Under the pieces are notes generated by a model. That model had not been told where the DNA came from. It did no database searches and was given only the letters and a program-made list of their open reading frames with translations. The translations under genes were made by a program, and so were the position numbers. A DNA stretch of 64,000 nucleotides from Mytilus californianus (taxonomy: Eukaryota): contig NW_026262701.1 of assembly GCF_021869535.1 (NCBI RefSeq), positions 113,708,001 through 113,772,000 on the forward strand, given 5' to 3'. This document shows positions 36,201 through 50,451 of this stretch, piece by piece; positions within the stretch are counted from its first letter, which is position 1, and the number at the start of each line of letters is the position of its first letter.

Positions 36201-38258
36201 TGTTGATATTTTCCACTGGTGTTGATATGTCCTCCACTGGTGTTGATATGTCATCCACCGGTGTTGATATGTCATCCACTGGTGTTGATATGTCATCTAC
36301 TGGTGTTGATATGTCATCCACTGGTGTTGATATTTTCCACTGGTGTTGATATGTCCTCCACTGCTGTTGATATTTCGTCCACCGGTGTTGATATGTCATC
36401 CACTGGTGTTGATATTTTCCACTGGTGTAAATATGTCCTTCTGTGGTGTTGATATGTCATCCACTGGTGTTGATATTTTTCACTGGTGTTGATATGTCCT
36501 CCACTGGTGTTGATATTTTCCACTGGTGTTGATATGTCCTCCTGTGGTGTTGATATGTCATCCATCGGTGTTTATATGTCATCCACTGGTGTTGATATGT
36601 CATCCACTTGTGTTGATATTTTCCACTGGGGTTGATATGTCCTCCACTGGTGTTGATATATAATCCACCGGTGTTGATATGTCATCCACTGGTGTTGATA
36701 TTTTTCACTAGTGTTGATATGTCCCCCTGTGGTGTTGATATGTCATCCATCGGTGTTTATATGTCATCCACTGGTGTTGATATGTCATCCACTGGTAATG
36801 ATATTTTCCACTGGTGTTGATATGTCCTCCTCTGGTGTTGATATGTCGTCCACCGGTGTTGATATGTCATCCACTGGTGTTGATATTTTTCACTGGTGTT
36901 GATATGTCCTCCACTGGTGTTGATATGTCATCCACCGGTGTTGATATGTCATCCACCGGTGTTGATATGTCATCCACTGGTGTTGATATTTTCCACTTGT
37001 GTTGATATGTCATCAACCGGTGTTGATATGTCATCCACTTGTGTTGATATGTCATCCACTGGTATTGATATTTTCCACTGGTGTTAATATGTCCTCCACT
37101 GGTGTTGAAATGTCGTCCACCGGTGTTGATATGTCATCCACTGGTGTTGATATGTCATCCACTGGTGATGATATGTCATATACTGGTGTTGATATGTCAT
37201 CCATAAGTTTGTAATATGTCAACCACTGGTGTTGGTATGTCATCCACTAGTTTATGATATGTCATCCACTAGTTTATGATATGTAATCCACTGGTGTTGA
37301 TATGTCATCAACTGGTGTTGATATTTCATCCTATGGTGTTGATATGTCATCCACCGGTGTTAATATTTTCCACTGGTGTTGATATGTCATCCACTGGTGT
37401 TGATATGTAATCCACTGGTGTTGATATGTCATCCACTAGTTTATGTTATGTCATCCACTGGTGTTGGTATGTCATCTACCGTTGTTAATATGTCATCCAT
37501 TGGTGTTGATATGTCATCCACTCGTGGTGATATGTCATCCACTGGTGTTGGTATATTATCCACTAGTTTATAATATGTCATCCACTGGTATTGATATGTC
37601 ATTCACATGTGTTGATATGTCATTCACCGGTGTTGATATGTCATCCACTGGTGTTGATATGTCATCCACCGGTGTTAATATTTTCCACTGGTGTTGATAT
37701 GTCATCCACTGGTGTTGATATGTAATCCACTGGTGTTGATATGTCATCCACTAGTTTATGTTATGTCATCCACTGGTGTTGGTATGTCATCTACCGTTGT
37801 TAATATGTCATCCATTGGTGTTGATATGTCATCCACTCGTGGTGATATGTCATCCACTGGTGTTGGTATATTATCCACTAGTTTATAATATGTCATCCAC
37901 TGGTATTGATATGTCATTCACATGTGTTGATATGTCATTCACCGGTGTTGATATGTCATCCACTGGTGTTGATATGTCATCCACTAGTTTATGAAATATC
38001 ATCAACTGGTGTTGATATGTCATCAATTGGTGATGATATGTCATCCATCGTTGTTGATATGTCATCCACTGGTGTTGATATGTCATCTACTGGTGTTGAT
38101 ATTTCATCCACTGATGTCATCCACAGGTGTTGATATGTCATCCACTAGTTTATGATATGTCATGCACTGGTGTTCATATGTCATTTACAGGTGTTCATAT
38201 GTCATCCACTGGTGTTGATATGTCATCCACCGGTGTTGATATGCCATCCTCTAGTGTT
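36201..38258. repeat. Minisatellite of ~100 units, consensus tccactggtgttgatatgtca (21 bp; 19- and 22-bp variants)
   Basis: Read directly. Contains a 315-bp-period duplication (~37335-37985), shown by identical ORFs at 37376/37691 and matching starts at 37443/37758. Confidence 0.97.
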
Positions 38259-38500
38259 GTTTTTCTTGTTCAGAGTGTTTGTCACTTATCTTTTTAAAAT
38301 CTTTGCGTAAGGTTTTAATTTTGATTGTGTTTAAAAATTAAAAAAATTAAACCATTTTCAACAAACTTATTATTAATTCCATTAACAGTTAAAACTTTTT
38401 TTTTTATCAACTGCTATTTATTAGCTGTTTTATGATTGTCTTTCGAAGAGAGCAAGTAATATATCAATATCTGTATTTAACACTAAATTTACTTTCAGTT

Positions 38501-38850
38501 TGATTGATTAATGGTTGTTTGTTTAACGTGCAGTGACAAATATGTCATGCATATTAAGAACGGAAACAATCTTACAAAATACATCGAATAGGTTTGTTCT
38601 GCAAAGTCGATCGATCAGGATAAAAAGAGGACATTTCAACTGTTCCTGTAAAAATGAGGTTGTGTTGAAGAGGGACAGAAACGTAGTTTGCCACTGGAAA
38701 CCTTCCCCCTCAGTTGTTCTAAGGGTTCTGAAACGCACCGAGAGCGTCGCGCTCTCCATACACTACGGATCCGATTTAACGTCCACACCCCGACCTGACG
38801 ACCCTGTGTACTTAAACATCCCGCACAACCAAACTGGGTCAAAGGTCTAG
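38501..38850 (-). mobile_element. SINE, Meta/Deu-domain type, diverged
   Basis: Similar to 12268-12680: gatttaacgtcc, gtacttaaacatccc, (ttga) tail. Confidence 0.55.
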
Positions 38851-40209
38851 CTTGCAGTCATATTCACAATAATGGCCATTCATACGTTTTTACCTCAGTT
38901 TTTACTGGTCAGAAAATGTTATATCCCTTCCCTATGCTTCTGACATGCATATACTGACTCGCAAACCTACTGTATACCCATGCATCCTTACACATTGTTA
39001 GAGATAGTCTGTTGATAATACTGTTGTGTGAAATCTTTGATGAAGTACACTAACACATATAACTGAGTTATAAGTGTAATACGCTTATTGTTAGATATAA
39101 ATATTTAAACAGGTTATCAATTGCAATATTTTGGTGTATTATTTTATGTGATATGATACATGTATATGATAAAAACACCTGAACATGCATATGAGGCATT
39201 AATGATTAAATTGATAATTGTTTGTCAAGTTCGATGAGCATAATATTTATTTATTCAGTTGTTTATAAAATTATCTTTTCATCTGAAAATCTGTTCTGTT
39301 TCTGTTTTTGTTTTGTTTTAATTTTATTTTTAGATTAAATAATCAACTGTTAAAGAATGCAATTGTACGTACGTTCAATTCAAACATATTCCGACACTAC
39401 GATAACAGACGAATCAATAATATAATAGAAATAGATAAGCAAATCTCACCATGACATAAAATGACTCGTTGGTTCATAACTATGAATAACTGGTGATTTC
39501 GGGATATACATCAATGAGACATCATCCCAACAACACAAATACAAGAGAAATCAAGAGGTTAGTATACAACTTCCCAAAATAAACAGATGGCTTTTGGCGA
39601 GGCTATATGATGTCAAGCTAAATATAGATCATAGTCTATGTAGAACCGCAATGAATAAAATAAACAAAGACTTATAAAGATCTGCGACCAACACATAATT
39701 TCTATAACCAATAAGAAGGATTGATTAAAGTTTGGTTAACACTGCATCAACATTAAAGGCTGAATCGCGCGGAGCCATAACACAGTCAACAAGAAACGGA
39801 AAAGGAACACTAGGAAAGGAACCATCGTCCCGTTTATCGTAAATGTCATTTTGAAGATTACCATTTTAAAAGGACATCGATCACTATACACGTTTGGTTT
39901 AACATATTTTGGAATTCCTTGGTTGCATTTGATTTAAGCCTACATAAAGAGGGACACACTTAGTCTCACTTAGCGGCATAATTTATCTCCTAATGAAATA
40001 TAACCATTACTATAATTCATACGTATTCGTGGTTTACTAATGGATGTGGAATTTATGAGAAGCGGTTAACCAGCACAATGCACATTTCCCATTCAAGGTT
40101 TTTGTTTCTTATGATGATACAATGAACGAACATGATAGGTATTGCAAATGTTTAATTTCACTTTTAAATCGTCCCCACAGAGATTTACGTCCATCGCCAT
40201 TTTCAATAT

Positions 40210-40410
40210 CATACAAGTGAGAGGTTTAGCTAGCTATAAAACTAGGTTTAATCTACCATTTTCTATACTAGGAAATGCCTGTACCAAGTCAGGAATATTA
40301 CAGTTGTTTTCCATTCGTTTGATGTGTTTGAGCTTTTGATTTTGCCATTTGATAAAGGACTTTCCGTTTTGAATTTTCCTTGGAGTTCGGTATTTTTTTT
40401 ATTTTACTTT
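40210..40410 (-). repeat. Dispersed repeat (gaggaaaattcaaaacggaaagtcc family)
   Basis: The same family is at 1-45, 11615-11741 and 32765-32930. Confidence 0.75.
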
Positions 40411-41904
40411 TTAAGTATTTTAAGGATGGTTGTTTTGTCTGCAGTCAACAAATCAATAATTCCATGATCTATCTTTGAATCCCTTAAAATTTAAAGAACT
40501 CACAGCTTATCTCGTGTTGCGTCTTTTACAAGTCATGATATATTATGGTAGCAAAAAGAAAAACAATCGTTATATATTATATGAAATGTATAATGGAAAT
40601 TGTATGTGATATTGTTGTGTAATGCTTTTTGTGTAAGATATATAAGATAATGTATCATTTATCATAAAATTAAGTGTAAATAATATCTATACATTTATAC
40701 GTTTATACCCGAGTCAATTTTACTTCCGTAAAGGTAAAATGGAAACCGTTACGTTCACTGGCTCGGATGGTATGTGCTTTGATCTTACTTCTGTTTTAAG
40801 ATTGATGATTAAGTCGAAACGAAATGTTGTTGAACTGCCCAGTCAATTTAAGTAAAAGTTTCCTTTCAAATATCCTTAAAGCGGTCTCTTTTCGTAATAT
40901 CGCCTATACATCAATGGCGATGACAAAGAAAATGTCAACACTGAGGTTGGGATTTCGAAACCCGTTCGTGGCAGGTGCGCTCTAATCCGATCTTAATTGA
41001 CTAGCATTGTCAGTTTTTCTACCGACGGTCCGTGGTTCTCTCCGGTCACTCCGGCTTCCTCCACCAATAAAAACTGACCGCCACGAAAAACAAAATAGAG
41101 TTGAAAATGGAGTTAAACATCAACCAATCTATCAAACTTGCACAGACACATAACACAAAAAGAATAAAAAGAGTACATTAGTGTTCTAGTGTTCATATTG
41201 TAAAGCTATTTACTGTTACGGAATAAGCTCTTAATGTTTTTCATTGTTTTTGCATATGTCTATTTTGGATCGTATCCATCATATATATATTGTCCTTAGG
41301 GTTATGTTCTAGTCTTCGTCTTATTTAAAAAAGAAATCAGCTGTCTTCTACCTAATTAATTCCAAAGCTTACACAGATATTAAGTAATTTCAATTTGAAT
41401 TGAGGTATTTATGTGTTAGATTTAATACGTAGAATTTTTTACTATATTTAAAAAAAATGATCTTTATGAGTTTTGAGAAAGTGACATTGGTAATTGTTCT
41501 ATCATTATCATATACAATTAATTTCAGTTGAAACTAGAAAAGAATTACAGGCTGTTGAATCAAGGTATGATATATTACTATACATGCATTTTGTTGGATA
41601 AGATATACATTAGTAAAACGTTTTATAATTGAAACGGTCGCAATATTTCTATCAATAAAAGAGATTTTAAAAATGTGGTTGCTATACATAATTCAAAATA
41701 CACTTTTTTCAAAGGATCATTATTAAATAATATATATTGCTGACTGTTTTTGGCTTTGACAATTTTACTTACTTGTTCATCCATCAATTTTTATATGACA
41801 TCGTACGAGTACACAAATAAAAAAATCAGAATAAAATATGAAAATAATCAATTGATATTTTTGTATAACGTTGAATGATTTGTTTGTAGAGCAATAAAAT
41901 CGGC

Positions 41905-44900
41905 ATGTCGAAAAGGCAATGCAGTGACTCATCAGGCGAAAATGAATATACATGTAACAACGAATTCAGAGGTTTGGCCATTTTAATCTGCAACGAAAAT
42001 TTCAAAGAACCTTATCCAACCCGCCGCTGTTGTGACGATGATTTACAGCTTACGAAGGAGACATTTTCGGATTTAAAATTTCTAGTGTTGGCTTTCAAAG
42101 ACTTGACAGGAAGACAAATAGACTTGGTTTTAGATATTGGTAAGACGAAAACGCTTATGCTATCTTTCTCTCAGACACTTCTCTCTCTTTCAGACACTCT
42201 TTATTCTCAGACACACGCAAACACACTGCTTTCCTGTCCAAGTTGAAATGATATCAATAGCCTCTCTCTCTCTCTTGCATTTGCAGCCTTCATAGTAAGA
42301 GCATTATCGTGTAGCCTTCAGCACTACTTTTTCCCCTCCTCTAATTTTAAGGTTGATAAGAATAAAAAGTTAGTACCAATGAAATGTATATTTCTGTCCC
42401 ACAAGATGGTTTTGTTCGTTTGTTTCCCTTTCAATAAAAGTATGGTAAACTCCTTCTTAACTCCATTTGTCCAAGTTTATTTTGACTTTCATATCTTTTT
42501 ACTATCATGACGATACATCTCATATATTAGAACGGAGTATATTTTATGGTTAACAGATGAAAACACTGGTTAGTGCAGAACTTACATAAAGATCGATTGA
42601 ATGAATTTCATAAATTGGATAGGACAAGATGTTAGACTTTTTAAAAGACTTTTTACCTGTCAAATTTTAAATGTATTGATACCTATCACTTTGACAATGT
42701 TTTAATCACCATCATCACATAATAACATATTAGTATTGTATCACATGACTTGGTTGAATTTGTCGTACTATCAAACTTTTCTTGTTTCAAATGTTGTTTT
42801 TTTCTATTAAATTGTATTAAAAGACAGAAAAATGCATTGTTCGTAGTGAGAACATCTTATCTTTCTAGTCAACCACTGTTTCCGTGTTATCAGTAGAAGA
42901 GATAATTTTATTTGTTTTTCTCAAACTTATTTTTATGTGTTATGTATACATTCGACAATATATTTGTTCAGTTTGTTGGATGGATATTTCACCACACAGT
43001 CGGGGTTCTAACTGGTATACATTTATTGCACCATTGCTGGCCAACTTTTTGTACTCGTATGAAGCAGAATTCAAACAGAACCTTCTCCAAAGCAAAAGCT
43101 AAGAAGAAGAACGTTGCAATGCAAATTTCTTTAATTTCACTTTCACTTTCAGATAAATTCATATCACTTAATAACCTACATTTTAATAGGCGCTTACATC
43201 TCATATATCCCAGTGAACTAGAGATCAAGGATACTACCGAAACTAAAAGGTATGCTTATCTTGATCTTTTCCTCGATATAATATTATTGATGATGGTGAC
43301 ATTTTGACAGAGTGAGCATGGCGTGTGATACATACATAACATAAGACTATGAGCATGTCGATGCGCCCGGTATGGTTTTATTTGAAGTTCATGCGATTTC
43401 CTCCGGTTTTGTTTGTTACCTATATTTTTCTCTTGGTAAACTGTTGTTGCATTAATGTATGCCTTTGTACATCATTTATTTCTCAAAAAAATACTTGTAT
43501 TTCTCGTCTTGTCGATCTTTCTGCTTGCAGTTTATACCTTTAACCTTCAATATTTATTTTCAAATACTACTTTATTTTTGTAATATTACTTATAGTTTAA
43601 ACCGTTCATGATTTATGTAATTATATATTGAGGGTTACCGGATTACAGCCTGCTTACTGAGCTTATGATAAAACTGTACATCTTAACATCAATTATTGGC
43701 TGTATTCATGAATGTTATCCCTACAAGAAGTGGAAAACGAAATATATCTGAAAAAATACCGGTACGCATGTTACGATGATCTGTCGTCAACATCATGTAA
43801 ATCTTATGGAAAGCATTTATATGTTTATTTAGATTTTTTTAATAATGATGGTACTATATGTTTATATCTAACAACTTTTAACATTTTCATTTTACGATTA
43901 GCCATCTTTATCACAATCTTAGTAGCTTGTTTACTTTTAAAAAAATAGTTTTGTATACTAATTTAGCATGAACAAAATCGTACATTCAACGTATGCCTTG
44001 AATATGTTTTGACTGGAAATAAGGTCTTTATACAAAAGTAAAAAGATTGATGACTTCCTAACTACCCTATATTTCTAAACGGAGAAACATTATCGATACG
44101 TTCTACCCAAGAATTACAGTATGACTATTTCAGTACTACTAAATTATAAATTAAGCATAATACCCATGTCTCAAACATTTACGTATTGTATAATATTAGC
44201 CGGAGGACAAGAGGAATTCCATTTGAAATCAGACTGCTTTGTCTGTGTTATTGCAAGCCATGGAAACGAGCGACCTAGACCTGTTGATGACAAACAGCCA
44301 TCTGGTTTGTATTTCAGAGACCACTGTGTCTACGGAATAGATAATGAACCAGTCGCAACAAAACATATTGTTAAAAAGTTCTCTGAAGTTTCATCCCTTG
44401 AAAATAAACCAAAGCTTTTCTGTATTCAGGTAAGTTTTCCAGAAGATTATATTGAAAACATTAAAAGAAGTATGGGAAACGATATCGTCTTGCAATTTTT
44501 TTTTTATGTACAATATTTTTTATTTATATGCGTCATGATATTTTTTTTATAAAACTATGGTTTCTTTCATACTGTTCAAGTTTTTCGATTGTTTTGCTTT
44601 TAACTGACAGTGTTGTGTAAACTATGATATTATATGTTCTTCCGTTTATCGGAAAAGCTAGAAAAGTTTTTATGGAGACTACCAAAGATCTGGCAACAAT
44701 ACCTATTTATTCTATAACATACAAAAAACAATATGAAAAATAACAACAACGGACGATGTTCCTTCCTTTAGGCAGGTACATTGAAATGTGGCAGAAGGGG
44801 AAATCTAGTTTCAACTCTCCCTCTTTTCATTTAAATTAGTGAGATAACACTATTGGTATATATAAAATGAAGTAATAAAATCGGTTCAGAAAAAGTACTA

Positions 44901-46813
44901 AACTCAATAATAGCGGTATCACACGTACACGACCAACAAATGCACTTAAAAAAACAAACCGCATCAAAATACAAGATAGAATTTTTTTTCTTAAAGAGTT
45001 TGGTATAGATCCTCTTTTTGGTGTTCTTATGTTCATTTATTAATTTAGGTATTGTGTCATTAAGGCTTGTCGTATTAACCCGACTGGAAACATATCTTCT
45101 ATAGACCAAGGACATACTATAAGTGTAGACCCCTCAAATGTCCAAGACGAACTGGTTTTAAAAAATGCAGATGATATTCCGGAACTAAGTTTCTTGGATA
45201 AACTACTTGGAAGAAAAAACAATACAAAAGACAAAACAAAGATAATACGTGTTCTTGATCCACCTTGCGACGATGATTGTCTCATTGTTTATTCATCTAA
45301 CTCAGGTATTTATTGATAAATGTACACAAGCATATACATTTAAAGTCAAACACAAACATTTTCACATTCTTGGAAAATTGGCGTAGTTGTAATAGATAGA
45401 TATAAATACAGTATTTAACATGGCCGATGTGTTCTCTGTACACTCGCTCGCAATCAAACAAACCTGTTCAGGGGCCTGTTTCTCGAAGCGTTCTTAGGAC
45501 TAGGACATGTCCTAAGATCATCTTAGGACGTATCTTCGTCCTGAGTGCGTTTATCAACCATGTCGTAACTTAGGAAAAGTCATAGGAATCGTTCTAACTT
45601 TAGGACACATAAGTAGATGTCTTAAGATGGTCTTAGGATGGTCCTAACTTTAGGATATATTTCATGATGGTTAATATGTAAACAAATACGACCGCCACCT
45701 ATATATGAATCCCCATTTTTCTAAATATTTTTCTATTTTCATTTATTTAATGTGTTCTTGCTCTTTTCCAAAAATTATTGCAAAAGCAGTAGTATATATA
45801 TAACACCCCTCTATTCATATTTTCGACGTGGAAAATAGGCATATTAGAGGGCATCGTATGTATACCAAACACATAAAATATATGTACATTAAAATATTGA
45901 AAAATATTTACTTTTAAAAAAGTTCAGAAAAGGGGGTCCATTACCCAAGCGCATGTGATCCGTAATGAAATAATGTATGTATTCCGTATTTTTATGAAAG
46001 ATGCACAAGATTTGCCTTAAACCATGCTTCGAATTAAACTCACTCAAAAATACATAATGATTGTTACCGATTGTCTTTTATTAGTTTTCACTGTTACTGC
46101 TGTTTACAAATAATTTGATCAATTATTATATAAAACGTTGTTACATTTTTTGTGTTTTTGTTTTTGTTTCATGAAGTTTGAATGTCCCATTATTAGATAA
46201 GAATTATTTAATACTGATGAAATTCAATGCATTCTTAAACATACAAATTTTTTAAATTCCTATTTTTCTTTACGCTAACACTTAGGACAGCGGTTAGGAC
46301 ATCCTAGCTAAGATAGTCCTAAGATAGCTTCGATGTGCATGTTAAGACATGTCGTAAGTCGGTCCTAACATTATTCCAATTTATTCCTAAGAGAAGTCTT
46401 AGGCGATCCTAGGACAGCTTCGATAAACAGGCCCCCGAACAACAAAATACAGTTAATGTCAAACGACAGATTTAGTATCTCTTGAAATAAATGAATGGAA
46501 GATGTTCATAAATTATTTCAACAAATATGTACCGTTTGTCCTATATTTTACAGAAAAGGAGTCTTACGGGAGGCACGATAGTTATATAAATGGTGGTTGG
46601 ATGTTAATATCTTTGTATAATGCAATGGACAAACATTTGAAAGCTCTACAGATTAACATGATAAACCGTATCGATATAATGGATGTGATATATGAGATGA
46701 CAAGTTACGTTGCAAAGAGAATGGAAGTAAATTTAAAAGAAACTGCTTATAAAAAGCGTAAGGCAGCAATAGTTTTCGAACACTGTTTGCACAGAGAGTT
46801 ATATTTCAAATAG
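41905..46813 (+). CDS. Caspase (peptidase C14A), 4 coding exons, 321 aa, short prodomain as modelled
   Basis: Exons 41905-42139, 44200-44429, 45065-45305 and 46554-46813. All introns are GT-AG, phases 1/0/1 are compatible, total 966 nt. Motifs RGLAILICNENF, TRR..D, DCFVCVIASHG, KPKLFCIQ|ACRI, DCLIVYSS, SYGR..GGW and ELYFK*. An acceptor at 41888-41889 means an upstream exon is possible. Confidence 0.88.
42870..43275 (+). mobile_element. Penelope-like RT fragment in caspase intron 1
   Basis: APLLANFLYSYEAEFKQ, IYPSELEIKDTTE, YLDLFLDI. Paralog of 5745-6500. Confidence 0.8.
45471..46435. mobile_element. 965-bp non-autonomous TIR element in caspase intron 3
   Basis: TIRs ggggcctgtttctcgaagc / gcttcgataaacaggcccc (18/19) with subterminal cttaggac/gtcctaag motifs. 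Confidence 0.82.
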
Positions 46814-46861
46814 TTGAATTTCAAAATCACGATGAGATTATTTCGTAACGTGAATTTTAAA

Positions 46862-46867
46862 AATAAA
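46862..46867 (+). promoter_or_regulatory. Putative caspase polyadenylation signal
   Basis: AATAAA ~50 nt after the stop codon. Confidence 0.45.
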
Positions 46868-49476
46868 GTTATTCAAATAACATCTAGATTTTCAAATTTA
46901 ATTAAAATCAAGAAATTAAATTTATTTATTTATTTTTTTTTTTTTGGTAAAGTTTCACGTGAAATTCTTATGAATCTCAACTAACGTGAAAATGTTCACG
47001 CTAGTTTCACATTTAAGGATGTTCGCTAGTTTGTTTTTTTTTAATTTTTTGTCAGGTATTCAGAATCCTCTGGTTTTGTCCATGCGGTGCCATAAAAAAA
47101 TTGTGCCCGATAATCATTACTTTTTGAATTACATACAGTTTAACAAAACATTTTTGAAAATCTTATAAAATCCTTTTATTATATGAAAAATCTAGAGAGA
47201 ATCATTTCCCGCCAGATTTTCAAATGATTATATCTCAAAACCAAGGATACGGGCCTTGCATTTTTTCGGCATTTTTAGTTCCGATATAAATAAACTATCA
47301 TTAGTGTCCCAGGTTAGGGGGAAGTTTTGGCGCTATCTAACTAGTTTAACCCCGCCACATCCTGTATGTGCCTGTCCCATGCAAGTGAGGAGCCTGGAAT
47401 TCAGTGGTTGTCGTTTGTTGCTGTATATCATATTTGTTTTTCGTTAATTATTTTGTACATAAATCAGGTCGTTAGTTTTTTCGTTTGAATTGTTTTACAT
47501 TTTTCATTTCGGGGCCTTTTATAGCTGACTATGCGGTATATGTTTTACTCATTGTTGAATGCCATACGGAGACCTATATATAGTTATTAATTTCTGTGTC
47601 ATTTGGGCTCTTGTGGAGAGTTGTCTCATAGGCAATCATACCACATCTTCCTTTTTTTTATCAATTTATTACAGTCTTTTAAATAGCTTGTTATTTAAAA
47701 AAAAGTAACGAACATCCTTAAGCTCGAATTTCACGTGAGCAAAATTTGCCTGTGTAAAAGCACTTTATTAAATGTAATGATTTCAACCTTTCGGATTCAT
47801 AAAATTATAGCATCTTCAACAAAAGACACAGATTATTAGTATATTAATTTGATTTATATTTCAAATCCGGACAAACAAAATGTCTCCAGGGTGTCCTTAG
47901 AAATATAGGGTAGGAAGGTAGGAATTTATTTTAAAATTTTCATATCTTTTTCTTTTGTATATGGGGATTACCGATTCATTACAAAAAATACAACAACAAA
48001 AAATACCTTTTAGGCCATGCATTTTTCGGCATACTAAATGGTGTCGGTAGGGAAACATTCAACACAAATTATGTTTTTTTTTCGATTTTGGTCATAGAGG
48101 CTTCAGCAGTTTACCAATGTTCAAATCTGATATATAAATTCGCTAGGAGTGTACAATATCATCAAAACCTGAGGAGAGAACGCATGCATCAGTAAGGAAA
48201 GCGTTGTCTGCTATACATGCGTCAACCTTCATGCCATACTAAGAAAACGTGTCACTTTCCCTGTATAAGATAACCAAGGAATAGTTTCGACATGTTTTAG
48301 AGGTGAAACTTTACTCTTTTCCTCCTATGTAATATATTATCTGAAGCATGAGAAAATACACAAGATACTGGTACTTTGTACTGCTAAGCTTCGTCATCAT
48401 CTATTATAGACAGTGCGGTTGAGAGGTACAATACTCAATCTTTTAAGTGCTGTTCTTGTGACTTTTGGTTTAGATCAATGTATTCAAACGTATTGAGTCA
48501 AACATTACTTTATTTTTGGCCATAGCGTTGTCAGTTTGTTTTCGATCTATGAGTTTGACTGTCCCTCTGGTATCTTTCGTCCCTCTTTTATAATCTCTTT
48601 TCTATGCAATCCGATTACAATTCAGATCCATCGTAACTCGCTTACTCGTTGAAGTATGAGCATAACGAAATCACAGATTTATATTTTAATTATATTGTTT
48701 TGTATTTTGACATATTATTTTCAGCACAATGCTTTTATATACTGACACTTATGCCTTGAACATCTCTCAGATATTCAGATATTGGTACTTTTTTACCTCT
48801 GGAAATACAAATCCAAGCAGCACACCATATACATGTATGCATATATGTAAATATCATCCAATATTTAATGAATAAAGGAATATTTTTGGCCAATCTGGTA
48901 GCCTGTCCTTCATTATTTTTTTATTTATTTCTTTTTTAACATCGCCCTCTTTTCTTGTCGGACCACCCCCAAATTTTAATCGTTGCTCACTCTAATCAAA
49001 ACCTTATAGTGTGTACCTTTATGAAGAGAAAATGTGAGAATATGTTTTTTGAAAGATGTCGTGCACATAAATATTTGCGTCACTATGATACATTCTTCTT
49101 GAACACATTCTTTACATTTTCGACCCTTTAAATTTGAGTGAATTGGACGAAGGTTTACTTTTTAAAAATCTTGGATAAGGTCGATTATTTAAACAAATCA
49201 GATTCTATTTTCGCAGAATAGTTTTACTTTGAAGAATTTCAAGCAGATTAACTAAGGATATTTCATCAATAAGAACCAGGCTTTATAAAAAAAAGTATGA
49301 ATTTCCAAGCTCAAACTGGGGATTACCGATAATTTGACATTATTTAGTCAAACAGTCTAATAGTCTGACAGACTGCTTATCTTTTTTCGCGTTGTACCAA
49401 GTGATGCAAACAAGAAAAGATTGAAAAAAAACAACTTATAGAGTAATAAACATTGATAACAAACGTCTTATAGAGT

Positions 49477-49808
49477 GATGATTGATTCATTGTTAGTTGC
49501 TTTACGTCCAATGGAAATATCTTATGCATGTTCAGGACGAGAACAAATTAACATTAAAATACAATAGGTAGATCCTCTAATAGAGGCCGTCCGTGATAAA
49601 GGTCGGTGAACCTTTGACATCCACTGTAAACTGAGGGTATATTGGATAGGGAGAGACATTTTGCCTTGCAATATACCAACACGGACCCCTCAAAGACTTG
49701 TTGCAAGGGTTCTTAACGTGCAGAGAGCTTGGCACTCTCTCTACTCGAGGCATCGGATTTAACGGGCCAATTCTCACCCTGGCGTGGTTGCGTACTTGCA
49801 CATCCCGC
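49477..49808 (-). mobile_element. SINE, Meta/Deu-domain type (paralog of 12268-12680, head deleted)
   Basis: Colinear with the copy A element up to cttgcacatcccgcac. Confidence 0.6.
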
Positions 49809-50230
49809 ACATGCAGATTACCATGTACATGAAGGGACTGAATATCAAAAATATTTAGAAGAAGATCTAAGCTACAATAATCAATGCCTTAGTACTAGCG
49901 GATGTGCAGTAAACAGTGGTGTGATTTTCGTTAACAGTTGTGATGTTTCTATTTAAATTATGCTGTATTCTTTCCCATATTCTGATAAAAAATAAATTTG
50001 GTAAGCTAATTGAATGGGCTTTCGTTAAAACATGTCTCGAATTCTTCTGTTTTAATAATACCCGAGTTTACTTAAGTCCTAAAAGATATATAACATATTG
50101 TTCCTGGACATGTGCAGACATATGAAAGGTTTTCTTGTTTAACAATAGTTAAAGTTTGTTATGACAGGATATGTAATGATAAAATATAGTAAAATTAAAG
50201 TAAACAAGTACTATTACTAAGATATATTGA

Positions 50231-50451
50231 ATCACTAACCAGTCAACACTGAGGTTGTGAGTTCGAACCCCGCTCGTGCGGGTGCACTCGACTCCAATCT
50301 TAATTGACTAGGATTGTCAGTTTTCCTATCGAAGGTCGGTGGTTTTCTCCGGGCACTCCGGCTTCCTCCACCAATAAAAACTGGCCGCCACGAAATAGCC
50401 CAAAAGCGGTGCTTAAAAGTGGCGTTAAAACACCAAAAATCAAAATCAAAT
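50231..50451 (+). mobile_element. 5'-truncated V-type SINE with 13-bp TSD, copy-B-specific
   Basis: TSD taagatatattga at 50218-50230 and 50452-50464; (aaatc) tail; empty site in A near 13138. Confidence 0.88.

Noticed and set aside
36201-38258. CRISPR array, or a repetitive protein gene (MSSTGVD / ICHPLVL / ISTPVDD ORFs)
   Set aside because: Units are contiguous with no unique spacers, there are no cas genes, and the context is eukaryotic. The 19/22-bp variants shift frame every few units and no splice-compatible model is evident.
40715-40790. Upstream caspase coding exon (METVTFTGSDG|gtatgt)
   Set aside because: Phase 1 splicing to the 41890 acceptor gives an immediate stop. It could at most be a 5' UTR exon, and that is unsupported without transcripts.
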